From: Lama guanicoe
Taxonomy: Eukaryota
Assembly: GCA_013239625.1 (NCBI GenBank)
Contig: MU054187.1
Span: forward strand, 870,001-934,000
Direction of reading: 5' to 3'
Length of the DNA: 64,000 nucleotides
Part shown: in pieces, positions 61,513 through 64,000 of the stretch
Layout: each line of letters starts with the position of its first letter
How positions within the stretch are numbered: the first letter of the stretch is position 1
The notes under the pieces: generated by a model
Databases searched by the model: none
Told to the model about the DNA's origin: nothing
What the model saw: only the letters and a program-made list of their open reading frames with translations
Position numbers and translations under genes: made by a program

Positions 61513-62539
61513 CTTTAAAAATGTACTTTGTGCAAAAGGCCACATGTAAATTAGAAAGCCAAGCCAAGCTTCCCTGTTTCCTGGCTGGGGGCCGGGGTGG
61601 AAAGCACGGAGGGGAGGCGGCGGGGAGTGACCGGATCGCCCGCGGGGAGGTGGAAGGAGGGCACAGGTGCTGACCGCCCGGCAGGACGCGGGCTGCGCAC
61701 TCGGAAGCTCAGGCAGAATGTGTTTGCCTTTGAAATGTTGTTAAATTTCTGGCAGCGGAAGCTTCTGCTTCTTGCCTCTCATCCCCAAGATGAAATGGGC
61801 AGCTTTGGGATAAACATTAGCCAGCTGCCAGGAAGTAGGGGGTTTGCAGCAAACCACGCAGACCACGGTCCCTGTGCAGCCTGGGGAGTGTCAGCAGCTG
61901 GTGCACCCCATCCTGGCACCGCCGGGGACGGCGCCTCCTTCCTGGCGGCCACCCACAACTCCTCTGTCCCCAGGGAGAGGGAAGCTGGCCTTGCCCAGCA
62001 GTGTGCAGGGCTTCACGTGGAAATTGTTAGCGTTTCTGTCAAATCACATTAATTGAGGGTGTAACGTGTAATATCACTGTGACGGTTGGCTGGGACGTGA
62101 AGCAGTTGTGTTACTTGTTATAATAAAATGAATGAAGAGACACGAACACAGGAAAGTCATGTGATGTCTGTGAAAATACTTCAAGAACTATACATCATTC
62201 TTTGCAAATTTCTCGATGTATATCCTACAAAGAAAAGTAATTTTTTTCACATTGACAGAAAGGATCAAAAACGGTGCTTGGCACAGGCCTGCGGCTCTGG
62301 TTTCAGTTTTATTATTTTATTTTGCATCTACCGCCATAGATTACAGTCGGCATGCTTTAGAAGGCGGGGGTGAGAGGAACCATCACAGCAGAAGAGTACA
62401 GTAATAGAAGCAAGAAGCACTCCTCAAGGAGGAGAACCAGAGATCCCTAAAACGCGAGCGTTCCGGGTGTTTGGATGCAACCTGAAATGACTCCCCAAAT
62501 AACAGGAAAATTCCCTAATTTACTGACACAATTTCTAAC

Positions 62540-63070
62540 AGAAAAAAAATCTTACCATGCCATCCAGAAATTGTACTCTGAGGTATTAACTCAAGAGAAC
62601 TGAAAACACACGGGTGAGTGTGTGTAGATTACAGATGCGTGCACGCACACACACACACACCCCCACTTGTGAGTGAGTGTTTGTAGGAGTGTTAGGCATA
62701 GTAAGTCAGAACTAGAAGCCACACAAATGCTCATCAGTAGGTGAACAAATAAAGGAGATTGTGGCGTGGCCGTGAAGTGGACAGTTACTCAGAGATAAAC
62801 AGGAGTGAGCTGCTAACACACACACATGGACGAGATGCAGAACATGATGCTTGTTGGAAAATGCCAGACCCCAAGGAACACAAACCGCGGTTTCATTTAC
62901 ATGAAGCTCTGGGACAGGTGTGATGGGAAGCAGCCGGGTGTCACCGGGGGCACAGAGGCGGGACGCCCCGGGCGTGGCGCAGGGGCCGGCCCTCTGACTG
63001 TGGCGGTGCGCGCTGGTGCGCGGGGGTGAGCCCTCAGGGCAGAGTGCCCGCGGTTACATCAGCAGTCGGA
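62540..63070 (+). mobile_element. Ancient L1 3' fragment, GC-shifted
   Basis: ccagaaattgtactctgaggtattaactcaagagaactgaaaacac...aaatgctcatcagtaggtgaacaaataaa...ggtttcatttacatgaagct. Confidence 0.65.
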
Positions 63071-63429
63071 TGTGCACGTTTCGAGAGCTCGCTGGGAACT
63101 GGGGGAGCTTCCCTCGGTAACTGGGACTTTCTAGTCTGCCGTGCACCTGAGACCACCCTGGGCTGTTCCCCAGGGCCCGTGGGTCCCCGCTGAGCTCGGG
63201 AAATGCAGGCCTCTGCTCTCCAGACCGCTAAGGCACTTGTGAGCAGTGTGACAACGGGGGGCTGGGAGGCTGGTCCAGGCACAGAGGGGACTGGCTCCGG
63301 CCGATAGGGCGGCGGGGCTATCTTGGTGCTGGGGGCAGTCTGTCCTCATCGTGGATGTCTGACTTTTCGTGTGGTTGCCACGGTGGACGGATCCCAGCCC
63401 CACGCCACCCAGGAGGGAAACACACCTCA

Positions 63430-63628
63430 GCGCAGGCAGAGCAGAGCTAGTCACATCTGGCCATTTAATTCAAACTGAGTATCGAAAAGTAAGTAAAACT
63501 TAAGGTTCAGTTCCTGAGGAGTAGCGGCTCCATCTCAAGCATGCGACGGCCCTCTGTGGCTCCTGTCAGATGAGATGGTGCAACTACTGAGTACTTTCAA
63601 CATCCCGGAAAGTTCCCCTGGGAGGCGC
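63430..63628. mobile_element. MER3-like (hAT-Charlie) DNA transposon remnant
   Basis: ctagtcacatctggccatttaattcaaa...ttcagttcctgag...catctcaagcatgc...tttcaacatcccggaaagttc resembles MER3. Confidence 0.6.
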
Positions 63629-63919
63629 ATGCCCAGCACGCAGCATGACCCCTGAACTGTGGTGTCCAAGGTCGGCTTCTGGCTGACGACGTTCTGGTGA
63701 CAGATTCCATCCTTTCCCAGATCTGTATATTGATTCTAAGTATAGCTTCACAGAGAGTCTTAGTCTCTCATTTCAAATATTTTAAGCCCTAAAACACTTT
63801 CATTGTCCAAATGACCGTATCATAACTTCTCTGTGAGGATGCACGTGTCAGTGCTACGCCTGAGGTGGTTCTCTGATGGCTGAGAGACAACAGGACTTAA
63901 GGAGGGGGCGCTCCCTTAC

Positions 63920-64000
63920 CCCTTATACCAGCCGGCAGGTAGGCTGTGGTCTACGGTACTAAGTCCACCATGGTTTCCCTTCAAGGTCACAGTCAGCCTG
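63920..64000 (-). CDS. Candidate exon A, partial, running off the window edge
   Basis: Donor AAGGG|GTAAGG. The only fully open frame reads RLTVTLKGNHGGLSTVDHSLPAGWYK(G) and exits in phase 2, matching the FTLNMSK frame of exon B. Confidence 0.4.

Noticed and set aside
1..64000. A novel multi-gene or prokaryote-style system
   Set aside because: There are no operons or long unspliced ORFs with recognisable domains. The content is explained by mammalian repeats, CpG islands and a few exons.

Overview
This is mammalian genomic DNA, not prokaryotic. It is most likely camelid (camel, alpaca or llama), inferred from a Vic-1-like tRNA-derived SINE at ~46.7 kb and many cetartiodactyl-type L1 3' ends. 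Most of the window is intronic or intergenic and rich in repeats: young and ancient L1 fragments, MaLR/ERV LTRs, MER2 and MER3 DNA transposons, MIRs and microsatellites. There is one strong CpG island (~19.0-20.3 kb, containing an assembly gap) with splice donors facing both ways, several smaller CpG patches, a promoter-like region at ~0.2-1.0 kb, and four phase-linkable minus-strand exons at 58.8-64 kb. Those exons belong to a gene I cannot name, and their reading frames conflict. Almost all entries in the ORF track are chance ORFs in GC-rich or repetitive DNA. I see no convincing undescribed biological system. The best leads are the ambiguous or frameshifted 3' gene end, a solo LTR with a CCAAT/octamer array, an L1 with an apparently captured 3' tail, a triplicated RFX X-box, a (GAA)n tract grown from an L1 tail, and local AT->GC-shifted repeat patches suggesting GC-biased gene conversion. 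Repeat family names come from remembered consensus sequences and were not checked by search.
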